NCBI RefSeq assembly: GCF_009914755.1
Contig: NC_060936.1
Length of the DNA stretch: 64,000 nt
Strand: one strand, 5' to 3'
Source of the DNA: the human T2T-CHM13v2.0 reference genome, Homo sapiens
The position numbers and the translations under genes are program-made. Each line of letters starts with the position of its first letter. Within the stretch, counting starts at the first letter, position 1. This document shows, piece after piece, positions 28,238 to 41,815 of the stretch. The notes under the pieces are model-generated. The model was not told the origin of the DNA. It saw only the letters and a program-made list of their open reading frames with translations, and made no database searches.

Positions 28238-29256
28238 TCGAACATTACTTGAAGAAATCCCGTTTCCAACGAAGGCCTCAAAGAGGTCCAAATATCCACT
28301 TGCAGACATTACAAACAGAGTGTTTCCAAACTGCTCCATCAAAAGAAAGGTTAAACTCTGTGAGCTGAACACACACATCAAAAAGAAGTTTCTGTGAATG
28401 ATTCTGTCTAGATTTTATAAGAAGATGTTTCCTTTTCTACCGTAGGCCTCAAAGCGCTTGAAATCTCCAGCTGCAAATTCCACAAAAAGGGTGTTTAACA
28501 TCTGCTCTTCTAAAGGAAAGTTCAACTCTATGCGTTGAATACACACAGCACAAAGAAGTTACTGAGACTTCTCCTATCAAACATTATATGAAGAAATCCC
28601 GTTTCCAACGAAGGCCTCAAAGAGGTCCAAATATCTGCTTGCAGACTTTACAGACAGAGTGTTTCCAAACTGCTCCATCAAAAGAAAGGTTAAACTCCTT
28701 GAGTTGAACACACACATCACAAAGTAGTTTCTGTGAATGATTCTGTCTAGTTTTTATACGAAGATGTTTCCTTTTCTACCTTTAGTCTCAAAGCGATTGA
28801 AATCTCCACATGGAAACTCCACAAAAAGAGGGTTTCACATCTGCTCTTTCTAAAGGACAGTTCACCTCTGTGAGTTTAATAGAGACAGCACAAAGAAGTT
28901 ACTGAGTGTTCTTCTTTCTAGCGTTCTATGAAGATATCCCGTTTCCAACGAAGGCCTCAAAGAGGTCCAAATATCTGCTTGCAGACTTTACAGACAGAGT
29001 GTTTCCAAACTACTCTATGAAAAGAAAGCTTAAACTCCTTGAGTTGAACGCACACATCACAAAGTAGTTTCTGAGAATGATTCTGTCTAGTTTTTATACG
29101 AAGATGTTTCCTTTTCTACATTTGGTCTCAAAGCGATTGAAATCTCCAACTGGAAACAGCACAAACAGTGTGTTTCAAATCTGCTCTGTCTAAAGGAAGG
29201 CTCAACTCTGTGAGTTGAATACACACACCACAAATAAGTTACTGAGAATTCTTCTG
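28238..29256 (-). repeat. Distinct 6-mer variant with a late B-to-C junction
   Basis: 1,019 bp spacing. B runs through CCACATGGAAACTCCACAAAAAGAG, then switches at ~28830 to C-end sequence GGTTTCACATCTG...AAAGGACAG. Confidence 0.9.
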
Positions 29257-29599
29257 TCGAACATTACTTGAAGAAATCCCGTTTCCAACGAAGGCCTCAA
29301 AGAGGTCCAAATATCCACTTGCAGACATTACAAACAGAGTGTTTCCAAAATGCTCCATCAAAAGAAAGGTTAAACTCTGTGAGCTGAACACACACATCAA
29401 AAAGAAGTTTCTGTGAATGATTCTGTCTAGATTTTATAAGAAGATGTTTCCTTTTCTACCGTAGGCCACAAAGCGCTTGAAATCTCCAGCTGCAAATTCC
29501 ACAAAAAGGGTGTTTAACATCTGCTCTTCTAAAGGAAAGTTCAACTCTATGCGTTGAATACACACCGCACAAAGAAGTTACTGAGACTTCTCCTATCAA

Positions 29600-32500
29600 A
29601 CATTATATGAAGAAATCCCGTTTCCAACGAAGGCCTCAAAGAGGTCCAAATATCTGCTTGCAGACTTTAAAGACAGAGTTTTTCCAAACTGCTCCATCAA
29701 AAGAAAGGTTAAACTCCTTGAGTTGAACACACACATCACAAAGTAGTTTCTGTGAATGATTCTGTCTAGTTTTTATACGAAGATGTTTCCTTTTCTACCT
29801 TTAGTCTCAAAGCGATTGAAATCTCCACATGGAAACTCCACAAAAAGAGTGTTTCAAATCTGCTCTTTCTGAAGGAAGGTTCAACTCTGTGAGTTGAATA
29901 CACACACCACAAATAAGTTACTGAGAATTCTTCTGTGTAACATTATATGAGGAAATCCCGTTTCCAACGAAGGCCTCAAAGAGGTCCAAATATCCACTTG
30001 CAGACTTTGCAAAGACAGTGTCTCGAAACTCCTCCATCAAAAGAAAGGTTATACTCTGTGAATTGAACGCACACATCACAAAGTAGTTTCTGAGAATGAT
30101 TCTGTCTAGTTTTTATACGAAGATATTTCCTTTTCTACATTTGGCCTAAAAGCGCTTGAAATCTCCACCTGCAAATATCACAAAAAGAGGGTTTCACATC
30201 TGCTCTGTCTAAAGGACAGTTCACCTCTGTGAGTTGAATAGAGGCAACACAAAGAACTTACTCAGTATTCTTCTTTCTAGCGTTCTATGAAGAAATCCCG
30301 TTTCCAACGAAGGCCCTAAAGAGGTCCAAATATCTGCTTGCAGACTTTACAGACAGAGTGTTTCAAACTACTCTATGAAAAGAAAGCTTAAACTCCTTGA
30401 GTTGAACGCACACATCACAAAGTAGTTTCTGAGAATGATTCTGTCTAGTTTTTATACGAAGATGTTTCCTTTTCTACATTTGGTCTCAAAGCGATTGAAA
30501 TCTCCAACTGGAAACTGCACAAATAGGGTGCTTCAAATCTGCTCTGTCTAAAGGAAGGTTCAACTCTGTGAGTTGAATACACACACCACAAATAAGTTAC
30601 TGAGAATTCTTCTGTCGAACATTACTTGAAGAAATCCCGGTTCCAACGAAGGCCTCAAAGAGGTCCAATATCCACTTGCAGATATTACAAACAGAGTGTT
30701 TCCAAACTGCTCCATCAAAAGAAAGGTTAAACTCTGTGAGCTGAACACACACATCAAAAAGAAGTTTCTGTGAATGATTCTGTCTAGATTTTATAAGAAG
30801 ATGTTTCCTTTTCTACCGTAGACCTCAAAGCGCTTGAAATCTCCAGCTGCAAATTAAACAAAAAGGGTTTTTAACATCTGCTCTTCTAAAGGAAAGTTCA
30901 ACTCTATGCGTTGAATACACACAACACAAAGAAGTTACTGAGACTTCTCCTATCAAACATTATATGAAGAAATCCCGTTTCCAACGAAGGCCTCAAAGAG
31001 GTCCAAATATCTGCTTGCACACTTTACAGACAGAGTGTTTCCAAACTGCTCCATCAAAAGAAAGGTTAAACTCCTTGAGTTGAACACACACATCACAAAG
31101 TAGTTTCTGTGAATGATTCTGTCTAGTTTTTATACGAAGATGTTTCCTTTTCTACCTTTGGTCTCAATGCGATTGAAATCTCCACATGGAAACTCCACAA
31201 AAAGAGTGTTTCAAATCTGCTCTTTCTGAAGGAAGGTTCAACTCTGTGAGTTGAATACACACACCACAAATAAGTTACTGAGAATTCTTCTGTGTAACAT
31301 TATATGAGGAAATCCCGTTTCCAACGAAGGCCTCAAAGAGGTCCAAATATCCACTTGCAGACTTACAAAGACAGTGTCTCCAAACTCCTCCATCAAAAGA
31401 AAGGTTATACTCTGTGAATTGAACGCACACATCACAAAGTAGTTTCTGAGAATGATTCTGTCTAGTTTTTATACGAAGATATTTCCTTTTCTACATTTGG
31501 CCTAAAAGCGCTTGAAATCTCCACCTGCAAATATCACAAAAAGAGGGTTTCACATCTGCTCTGTCTAAAGGACAGTTCACCTCTGTGAGTTGAATAGAGG
31601 CAACACAAAGAACTTACTCAGTATTCTTCTTTCTAGCGTTCTATGAAGAAATCCCGTTTCCAAAGAAGACCCCAATGAGGTCCAAATATCTGCTTGCAGA
31701 CTTTACAGACAGAGTGTTTCCAAACTACTCTATGAAAAGAAAGCTTAAACTCCTTGAGTTGAACGCACACATCACAAAGTAGTTTCTGAGAATGATGCTG
31801 TCTAGTTTTTATAGGGAGATGTTTCCTTTTCTACATTTGGTCTCAAAGCGATTGAAATCTCCAACTGGAAACTGCACAAATAGGGTGTTTCAAATCTGCT
31901 CTGTCTAAAGGAAGGTTCAACTCTGTGAGTTGAATACACACACCACAAATAGGTTACTGAGAATTCTTCTGTCAAACATTACTTGAAGAAATCCCGTTTC
32001 CAACGAAGGCCTCAAAGAGGTCCAAATATCCACTTGCAGACATTACAAACAGTGTGTTTCCAAACTGCTCCATCAAAAGAAAGGTTAAACTCTGTGAGCT
32101 GAACACACACATCAAAAAGAAGTTTCTGTGAATGATTCTGTCTAGATTTTATAAGAAGATGTTTCCTTTTCTACCGTAGGCCTCAAAGCGCTTGAAATCT
32201 CCAGATGCAAATTCCACAAAAAGGGTGTTTAACATCTGCTCTTCTAAAGGAAAGTTCAACTCTATGAGTTGAATACACACAGCACAAGAAGTTACTGAGA
32301 CTTCTCCTATCAAACATTATATGAAGATATCCCGTTTCCAACGATGGTCTCAAAGAGGTCCAAATATCCACTTGCAGACTTTACAAAGACAGTGTCTCCA
32401 AACTCCTCCATCAAAAGAAAGGTTATACTCTGTGAATTGAACGCACACATCACAAAGTAGTTTCTGAGAATGATTCTGTCTAGTTTTTATACGAAGATAT

Positions 32501-35500
32501 TTCCTTTTCTACATTTGGCCTAAAAGCGCTTGAAATCTCCACCTGCAAATATCACAAAAAGAGGGTTTCACATCTGCTCTGTCTAAAGGACAGTTCACCT
32601 CTGTGAGTTGAATAGAGGCAACACAAAGAACTTACTCAGTATTCTTCTTTCTAGCGTTCTATGAAGAAATCCCGTTTCCAACGAAGGCCCCAAAGAGGTG
32701 CAAATATCTGCTTGCAGACTTTACAGACAGAGTGTTTCCAAACTACTCTATGAAAAGAAAGCTTAAACTCCTTGAGTTGAACGCTCACATCACAAAGTAG
32801 TTTCTGAGAATGATTCTGTCCAGTTTTTATACGAAGATGTTTCCTTTTCTACATTTGGTCTCAAAGCGATTGAAATCTCCAACTGGAAACTGCACAAATA
32901 GGGTGTTTCAAATCTGCTCTGTCTAAAGGAAGGTTCAACTCTGTGAGTTGAATACACACACCACAAATAAGTTACTGAGAATTCTTCTGTCGAACATTAC
33001 TTGAAGAAATCCCGTTTCCAACGAAGGCCTCAAAGAGGTCCAAATATCCACTTGCTGACATTAAAAACAGAGTGTTTCCAAACTGCTCCATCAAAAGAAA
33101 GGTTAAACTCTGTGAGCTGAACACACACATCAAAAAGAAGTTTCTGTGAATGATTCTGTCTAGATTTTATAAGAAGATGTTTCCTTTTCTACCGTAGGCC
33201 TCAAAGCGCTTGAAATCTCCAGCTGCAAATTCCACAAAAAGGGTGTTTAACATCTGCTCTTCTAAAGGAAAGTTCAACTCTATGCGTTGAATACACACAG
33301 CACAAAGAAGTTACTGAGACTTCTCCTATCAAACATTATATGAAGAAATCCCGTTTCCAACGAAGGCCTCAAAGAGGTCCTAATATCCACTTGCAGACAT
33401 TACAAACAGAGTGTTTCCAAACTGTTCCATCAAAAGAAAGGTTAAACTCTGTGAGCTGAACACACACATGAAAAAGAAGTTTCTGTGAATGATTCTGTCT
33501 AGATTTTACACGAAGATGTTTCCTTTTCTACCTTTGGTCTCAATGCGATTGAAATCTCCACATGGAAACTCCACAAAAAGAGTGTTTCAAATCTGCTCTT
33601 TCTGAAGGATGGTTCAACTCTGTGAGTTGAATACACACACCACAAATAAGTTACTGAGAATTCTTCTGTGTAACATTATATGAGGAAATCCCGTTTCCAA
33701 CGAAGGCCTCAAAGAGGTCCAAATATCCACTTGCAGACTTTACAAAGACAGTGTCTCCAAAGTCCTCCATCAAAAGAAAGGTTATACTCTGTGAATTGAA
33801 CGCACACATCACAAAGTAGTTTCTGAGAATGATTCTGTCTAGTTTTTATACGAAGATATTTCCTTTTCTACATTTGGCATAAAAGCGCTTGAAATCTCCA
33901 CCTGCAAATATCACAAAAAGAGGGTTTCACATCTGCTCTGTCTAAAGGACAGTTCACCTCTGTGAGTTGAATAGAGGCAACACAAAGAACTTACTCTGTA
34001 TTCTTCTTTCTAGCGTTCTATGAAGAAATCCCGTTTCCAACGAAGGCCCCAAAGAGGTCCAAATATCTGCTTGCAGACTTTACAGACAGAGTGTTTCCAA
34101 ACTACTCTATGAAAAGAAAGCTTAAACTCCTTGAGTTGAACGCACACATCACAAAGTAGTTTCTGAGAATGATTCTGTCCAGTTTTTATACGAAGATGTT
34201 TCCTTTTCTACATTTGGTCTCAAAGCGATTGAAATCTCCAACTGGAAACTGCACAAATAGGGTGTTTCAAATCTGCTCTGTCTAAAGGAAGGTTCAACTC
34301 TGTGAGTTGAATACACACACCACAAATAAGTTACTGAGAATTCTTCTGTCGAACATTACTTGAAGAAATCCCGTTTCCAACGAAGGCCTCAAAGAGGTCC
34401 AAATATCCACTTGCTGACATTAAAAACAGAGTGTTTCCAAACTGCTCCATCAAAAGAAAGGTTAAACTCTGTGAGCTGAACACACACATCAAAAAGAAGT
34501 TTCTGTGAATGATTCTGTCTAGATTTTATAAGAAGATGTTTCCTTTTCTACCGTAGGCCTCAAAGCGCTTGAAATCTCCACCTGCAAATTCCACAAAAAG
34601 GGTGTTTAACATCTGCTCTTCTAAAGGAAAGTTCAACTCTATGCGTTGAATACACACAGCACAAAGAAGTTACTGAGACTTCTCCTATCAAACATTATAT
34701 GAAGAAATCCCGTTTCCAACGAAGGCCTCAAAGAGGTCCAAATATCTGCTTGCAGACTTTAAAGACAGAGTTTTTCCAAACTGCTCCATCAAAAGAAAGG
34801 TTAAACTCCTTGAGTTGAACACACACATCACAAAGTAGTTTCTGTGAATGATTCTGTCTAGTTTTTATACGAAGATGTTTCCTTTTCTACCTTTAGTCTC
34901 AAAGCGATTGAAATCTCCACATGGAAACTCCACAAAAAGAGTGTTTCAAATCTGCTCTTTCTGAAGGAAGGTTCAACTCTGTGAGTTGAATACACACACC
35001 ACAAATAAGTTACTGAGAATTCTTCTGTGTAACATTATATGAGGAAATCCCGTTTCCAACGAAGGCCTCAAAGAGGTCCAAATATCCACTTGCAGACTTT
35101 GCAAAGACAGTGTCTCGAAACTCCTCCATCAAAAGAAAGGTTATACTCTGTGAATTGAACGCACACATCACAAAGTAGTTTCTGAGAATGATTCTGTCTA
35201 GTTTTTATACGAAGATATTTCCTTTTCTACATTTGGCCTAAAAGCGCTTGAAATCTCCACCTGCAAATATCACAAAAAGAGGGTTTCACATCTGCTCTGT
35301 CTAAAGGACAGTTCACCTCTGTGAGTTGAATAGAGGCAACACAAAGAACTTACTCAGTATTCTTCTTTCTAGCGTTCTATGAAGAAATCCCGTTTCCAAC
35401 GAAGGCCCCAATGAGGTCCAAATATCTGCTTGCAGACTTTACAGACAGAGTGTTTCAAACTACTCTATGAAAAGAAAGCTTAAACTCCTTGAGTTGAACG

Positions 35501-38500
35501 CACACATCACAAAGTAGTTTCTGAGAATGATTCTGTCTAGTTTTTATACGAAGATGTTTCCTTTTCTACATTTGGTCTCAAAGCGATTGAAATCTCCAAC
35601 TGGAAACTGCACAAATAGGGTGCTTCAAATCTGCTCTGTCTAAAGGAAGGTTCAACTCTGTGAGTTGAATACACACACCACAAATAAGTTACTGAGAATT
35701 CTTCTGTCGAACATTACTTGAAGAAATCCCGGTTCCAACGAAGGCCTCAAAGAGGTCCAATATCCACTTGCAGATATTACAAACAGAGTGTTTCCAAACT
35801 GCTCCATCAAAAGAAAGGTTAAACTCTGTGAGCTGAACACACACATCAAAAAGAAGTTTCTGTGAATGATTCTGTCTAGATTTTATAAGAAGATGTTTCC
35901 TTTTCTACCGTAGACCTCAAAGCGCTTGAAATCTCCAGCTGCAAATTAAACAAAAAGGGTTTTTAACATCTGCTCTTCTAAAGGAAAGTTCAACTCTATG
36001 CGTTGAATACACACAACACAAAGAAGTTACTGAGACTTCTCCTATCAAACATTATATGAAGAAATCCCGTTTCCAACGAAGGCCTCAAAGAGGTCCAAAT
36101 ATCTGCTTGCACACTTTACAGACAGAGTGTTTCCAAACTGCTCCATCAAAAGAAAGGTTAAACTCCTTGAGTTGAACACACACATCACAAAGTAGTTTCT
36201 GTGAATGATTCTGTCTAGTTTTTATACGAAGATGTTTCCTTTTCTACCTTTGGTCTCAATGCGATTGAAATCTCCACATGGAAACTCCACAAAAAGAGTG
36301 TTTCAAATCTGCTCTTTCTGAAGGAAGGTTCAACTCTGTGAGTTGAATACACACACCACAAATAAGTTACTGAGAATTCTTCTGTGTAACATTATATGAG
36401 GAAATCCCGTTTCCAACGAAGGCCTCAAAGAGGTCCAAATATCCACTTGCAGACTTACAAAGACAGTGTCTCCAAACTCCTCCATCAAAAGAAAGGTTAT
36501 ACTCTGTGAATTGAACGCACACATCACAAAGTAGTTTCTGAGAATGATTCTGTCTAGTTTTTATACGAAGATATTTCCTTTTCTACATTTGGCCTAAAAG
36601 CGCTTGAATTCTCCACCTGCAAATATCACAAAAAGAGGGTTTCACATCTGCTCTGTCTAAAGGACAGTTCACCTCTGTGAGTTGAATAGAGGCAACACAA
36701 AGAACTTACTCAGTATTCTTCTTTCTAGCGTTCTATGAAGAAATCCCGTTTCCAAAGAAGACCCCAATGAGGTCCAAATATCTGCTTGCAGACTTTACAG
36801 ACAGAGTGTTTCCAAACTACTCTATGAAAAGAAAGCTTAAACTCCTTGAGTTGAACGCACACATCACAAAGTAGTTTCTGAGAATGATGCTGTCTAGTTT
36901 TTATAGGAAGATGTTTCCTTTTCTACATTTGGTCTCAAAGCGATTGAAATCTCCAACTGGAAACTGCACAAATAGGGTGTTTCAAATCTGCTCTGCCTAA
37001 AGGAAGGTTCAACTCTGTGAGTTGAATACACACACCACAAATAGGTTACTGAGAATTCTTCTGTCAAACATTACTTGAAGAAATCCCGTTTCCAACGAAG
37101 GCCTCAAAGAGGTCCAAATATCCACTTGCAGACATTACAAACAGTGTGTTTCCAAACTGCTCCATCAAAAGAAAGGTTAAACTCTGTGAGCTGAACACAC
37201 ACATCAAAAAGAAGTTTCTGTGAGTGATTCTGTCTAGATTTTATAAGAAGATGTTTCCTTTTCTACCGTAGGCCTCAAAGCGCTTGAAATCTCCAGATGC
37301 AAATTCCACAAAAAGGGTGTTTAACATCTGCTCTTCTAAAGGAAAGTTCAACTCTATGAGTTGAATACACACAGCACAAGAAGTTACTGAGACTTCTCCT
37401 ATCAAACATTATATGAAGATATCCCGTTTCCAACGATGGTCTCAAAGAGGTCCAAATATCCACTTGCAGACTTTACAAAGACAGTGTCTCCAAACTCCTC
37501 CATCAAAAGAAAGGTTATACTCTGTGAATTGAACGCACACATCACAAAGTAGTTTCTGAGAATGATTCTGTCTAGTTTTTATACGAAGATATTTCCTTTT
37601 CTACATTTGGCCTAAAAGCGCTTGAAATCTCCACCTGCAAATATCACAAAAAGAGGGTTTCACATCTGCTCTGTCTAAAGGACAGTTCACCTCTGTGAGT
37701 TGAATAGAGGCAACACAAAGAACTTACTCAGTATTCTTCTTTCTAGCGTTCTATGAAGAAATCCCGTTTCCAACGAAGGCCCCAAAGAGGTGCAAATATC
37801 TGCTTGCAGACTTTACAGACAGAGTGTTTCCAAACTACTCTATGAAAAGAAAGCTTAAACTCCTTGAGTTGAACGCACACATCACAAAGTAGTTTCTGAG
37901 AATGATTCTGTCCAGTTTTTATACGAAGATGTTTCCTTTTCTACATTTGGTCTCAAAGCGATTGAAATCTCCAACTGGAAACTGCACAAATAGGGTGTTT
38001 CAAATCTGCTCTGTCTAAAGGAAGGTTCAACTCTGTGAGTTGAATACACACACCACAAATAAGTTACTGAGAATTCTTCTGTCGAACATTACTTGAAGAA
38101 ATCCCGTTTCCAACGAAGGCCTCAAAGAGGTCCAAATATCCACTTGCTGACATTAAAAACAGAGTGTTTCCAAACTGCTCCATCAAAAGAAAGGTTAAAC
38201 TCTGTGAGCTGAACACACACATCAAAAAGAAGTTTCTGTGAATGATTCTGTCTAGATTTTATAAGAAGATGTTTCCTTTTCTACCGTAGGCCTCAAAGCG
38301 CTTGAAATCTCCACCTGCAAATTCCACAAAAAGGGTGTTTAACATCTGCTCTTCTAAAGGAAAGTTCAACTCTATGCGTTGAATACACACAGCACAAAGA
38401 AGTTACTGAGACTTCTCCTATCAAACATTATATGAAGAAATCCCGTTTCCAACGAAGGCCTCAAAGAGGTCCTAATATCCACTTGCAGACATTACAAACA
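29600..38500. repeat. Tandem multi-HOR duplication, period 5,092 bp (30 monomers)
   Basis: Landmarks pair as 30615/35707, 31972/37064 and 32990/38082. Identical ORF-track pairs (30560/35652, 31238/36330, 32183/37275) all differ by 5,092. Confidence 0.92.
31972..32989 (-). repeat. 6-mer variant with an earlier B/C junction (second copy at 37064-38081)
   Basis: A B head (CTCCTATC) is followed by GATATCCCGTTTCCAACGATGGTCTC and C-type ATATCCACTTG. Confidence 0.88.
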
Positions 38501-40459
38501 GAGTGTTTCCAAACTGCTAAATCAAAAGAAAGGTTAAACTCCTTGAGTTGAACACACACATCACAAAGTAGTTTCTGTGAATGATTCTGTCTAGTTTTTA
38601 TACGAAGATGTTTCCTTTTCTACCTTTGGTCTCAAAGCGATTGAAATCTCCACATGGAAACTCCACAAAAAGAGTGTTTCAAATCTGCTCTTTCTGAAGG
38701 AAGGTTCAACTCTGTGAGTTGAATACACACACCACAAATAAGTTACTGAGAATTCTTCTGTGTAAAATCATATGAGGAAATCCCGTTTCCAACGAAGGCC
38801 TCAAAGAGGTCCAAATATCCACTTGCAGACTTTACAAAGACAGTGTCTCCAAACTCCTCCATCAAAAGAAAGGTTATACTCTGTGAATTGAACGCACACT
38901 TCACAAAGTAGTTTCTGAGAATGATTCTGTCTAGTTTTTATACGACGATATTTCCTTTTCTACATTTGGCCTAAAAGCGCTTGAAATCTCCACGTGCAAA
39001 TATCACAAAAAGAGGGTTTCACATGTGCTCTGTCTAAAGGACAGTTCACCTCTGTGAGTTGAATAGAGGCAACACAAAGAACTTACTCAGTATTCTTCTT
39101 TCTAGCGTTCTATGAAGAAATCCCGTTTCCAACGAAGGCCCCAATGAGGTGCAAATATCTGCTTGCAGACTTTACAGACAGAGTGTTTCCAAACTACTCT
39201 ATGAAAAGAAAGCTTAAACTCCTTGAGTTGAACGCACACATCATAAAGTAGTTTCTGAGAATGATTCTGTCTAGTTTTTATACGAAGATGTTTCCTTTTC
39301 TACATTTGGTCTCAAAGCGATTGAAATCTCCAACTGGAAACTGCACAAATAGGGTGTTTCAAATCTGCTCTGTCTAAAGGAAGGTTCAACTCTGTGAGTT
39401 GAATACACACACCACAAATAAGTTACTGAGAATTCTTCTGTCGAACATTACTTGAAGAAATCCCGTTTCCAACGAAGGCCTCAAAGAGGTCCAAATATCC
39501 ACTTGCAGACATTACAAACAGAGTGTTTCCAAACTGCTCCATCAGAAGAAAGTTTAAACCCTGTGAGCTGAACACACACATCAAAAAGAAGTTTCTGTGA
39601 ATGATTCTGTCTAGATTTTATAAGAAGATGTTTCCTTTTCTACCGTAGGCCTCAAAGCGCTTGAAATCTCCAGCTGCAAATTCCACAAAAAGGGTGTTTA
39701 ACATCTGCTCTTCTAAAGGAAAGTTCACCTCTATGAGTTGAATACACACAGCACAAAGAAGTTACTGAGACTTCTCCTATCAAACATTATATGAAGAAAT
39801 CCCGTTTCCAACGATGGCCTCAAAGAGGTCCAAATATCTGCTTGCAGACTTTACAAAGACAGTGTCTCCAAACTCCTCCATCAAAAGAAAGGTTATACTC
39901 TGTGAATTGAACGCACACATCACAAAGTAGTTTCTGAGAATGATTCTGTCTAGTTTTTATACGAAGATATTTCCTTTTCTACATTTGGCCTAAAAGCGCT
40001 TGAAATCTCCACCTGCAAATATCACAAAAAGAGGGTTTCACATCTGCTCTGTCTAAAGGACAGTTCACCTCTGTGAGTTGAATAGAGGCAACACAAAGAA
40101 CTTACTCAGTATTCTTCTTTCTAGCGTTCTATGAAGAAATACCGTTTCCAACGAAGGCCCCAAAGAGGTCCAAATATCTGCTTGCAGACTTTACCGACAG
40201 AGTGTTTCCAAACTACTCTATGAAAAGAAAGCTTAAACTCCTTGAGTTGAACGCACACATCACAAAGTAGTTTCTGAGAATGATTCTGTCTAGTTTTTAT
40301 ACGAAGATGTTTCCTTTTCTACATTTGGTCTCAAAGCGATTGAAATCTCCAACTGGAAACTGCACAAATAGGGTGTTTCAAATCTGCTCTGTCTAAAGGA
40401 AGGTTCAACTCTGTGAGTTGAATACACACACCACAAATAAGTTACTGAGAATTCTTCTG

Positions 40460-41815
40460 TCGAACATTACTTGAAGAAATCCCGTTTCCAACGAAGGCCT
40501 CCAAGAGGTCCAAATATCCACTTGCAGACATTACAAACAGAGTGTTTCCAAACTGCTCCATCAAAAGAAAGTTTAAACCCTGTGAGCTGAACACACACAT
40601 CAAAAAGAAGTTTCTGTGAATGATTCTGTCTAGATTTTATAAGAAGATGTTTCCTTTTCTACCGTAGGCCTCAAAGCGCTTGAAATCTCCAGCTGCAAAT
40701 TCCACAAAAAGGGTGTTTAACATCTGCTCTTCTAAAGGAAAGTTCACCTCTATGAGTTGAATACACACAGCACAAAAAGTTACTGAGACTTCTCCTATCA
40801 AACATTATATGAAGAAATCCCGTTTCCAACGATGGCCTCAAAGAGGTCCAAATATCTGCATGCAGACTTTACAAAGACAGTGTCTCCAAACTCCTCCATC
40901 AAAAGAAAGGTTATACTCTGTGAATTGAACGCACACATCACAAAGTAGTTTCTGAGAATGATTCTGTCTAGTTTTTATACGAAGATATTTCCTTTTCTAC
41001 ATTTGGCCTAAAAGCGCTTGAATTCTCCACCTGCAAATATCACAAAAAGAGGGTTTCACATCTGCTCTGTCTAAAGGACAGTTCACCTCTGTGAGTTGAA
41101 TAGAGGCAACACAAAAACTTACTCAGTATTCTTCTTTCTAGCGTTCTATGAAGAAATCCCGTTTCCAACGAAGGCCCCAAAGAGGTCCAAATATCTGCTT
41201 GCAGACTTTACAGACAGAGTGTTTCCAAACTACTCTATGAAAAGAAAGCTTAAACTCCTTGAGTTGAACGCACACATCACAAAGTAGTTTCTGAGAATGA
41301 TTCTGTCTAGTTTTTATACGAAGATATTTCCTTTTCTACATTTGGCCTAAAAGCGCTTGAAATCTCCACCTGCAAATATCACAAAAAGAGGGTTTCACAT
41401 CTGCTCTGTCTAAAGGACAGTTCACCTCTGTGAGTTGAATAGAGGCAACACAAAGAACTTACTCAGTATTCTTCTTTCTAGCGTTCTATGAAGAAATCCC
41501 GTTTCCAACGAAGGCCTCAAAGAGGTCCAAATATCTGCTTGCAGACTTTACAGACAGAGTGTTTCCAAACTACTCTATGAAAAGAAAGCTTAAACTCCTT
41601 GAGTTGAACGCACACATCACAAAGTAGTTTCTGAGAATGATTCTGTCTAGTTTTTATACGAAGATATTTCCTTTTCTACATTTGTCTCAAAGCGATTGAA
41701 ATCTCCAACTGGAAACTGCACAAATAGGGTGTTTCAAATCTGCTCTGTCTAAAGGAAGGTTCAACTCTGTGAGTTGAATACACACACCACAAATAAGTTA
41801 CTGAGAATTCTTCTG
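40460..41815 (-). repeat. Rearranged 8-mer A-B/C-D/C-D (1,356 bp); second copy at 60827-62182
   Basis: Contains two HindIII-bearing D monomers and two GGACAG/AGAGGCAAC C-end monomers, and has no CCACATGG B tail. Confidence 0.9.
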
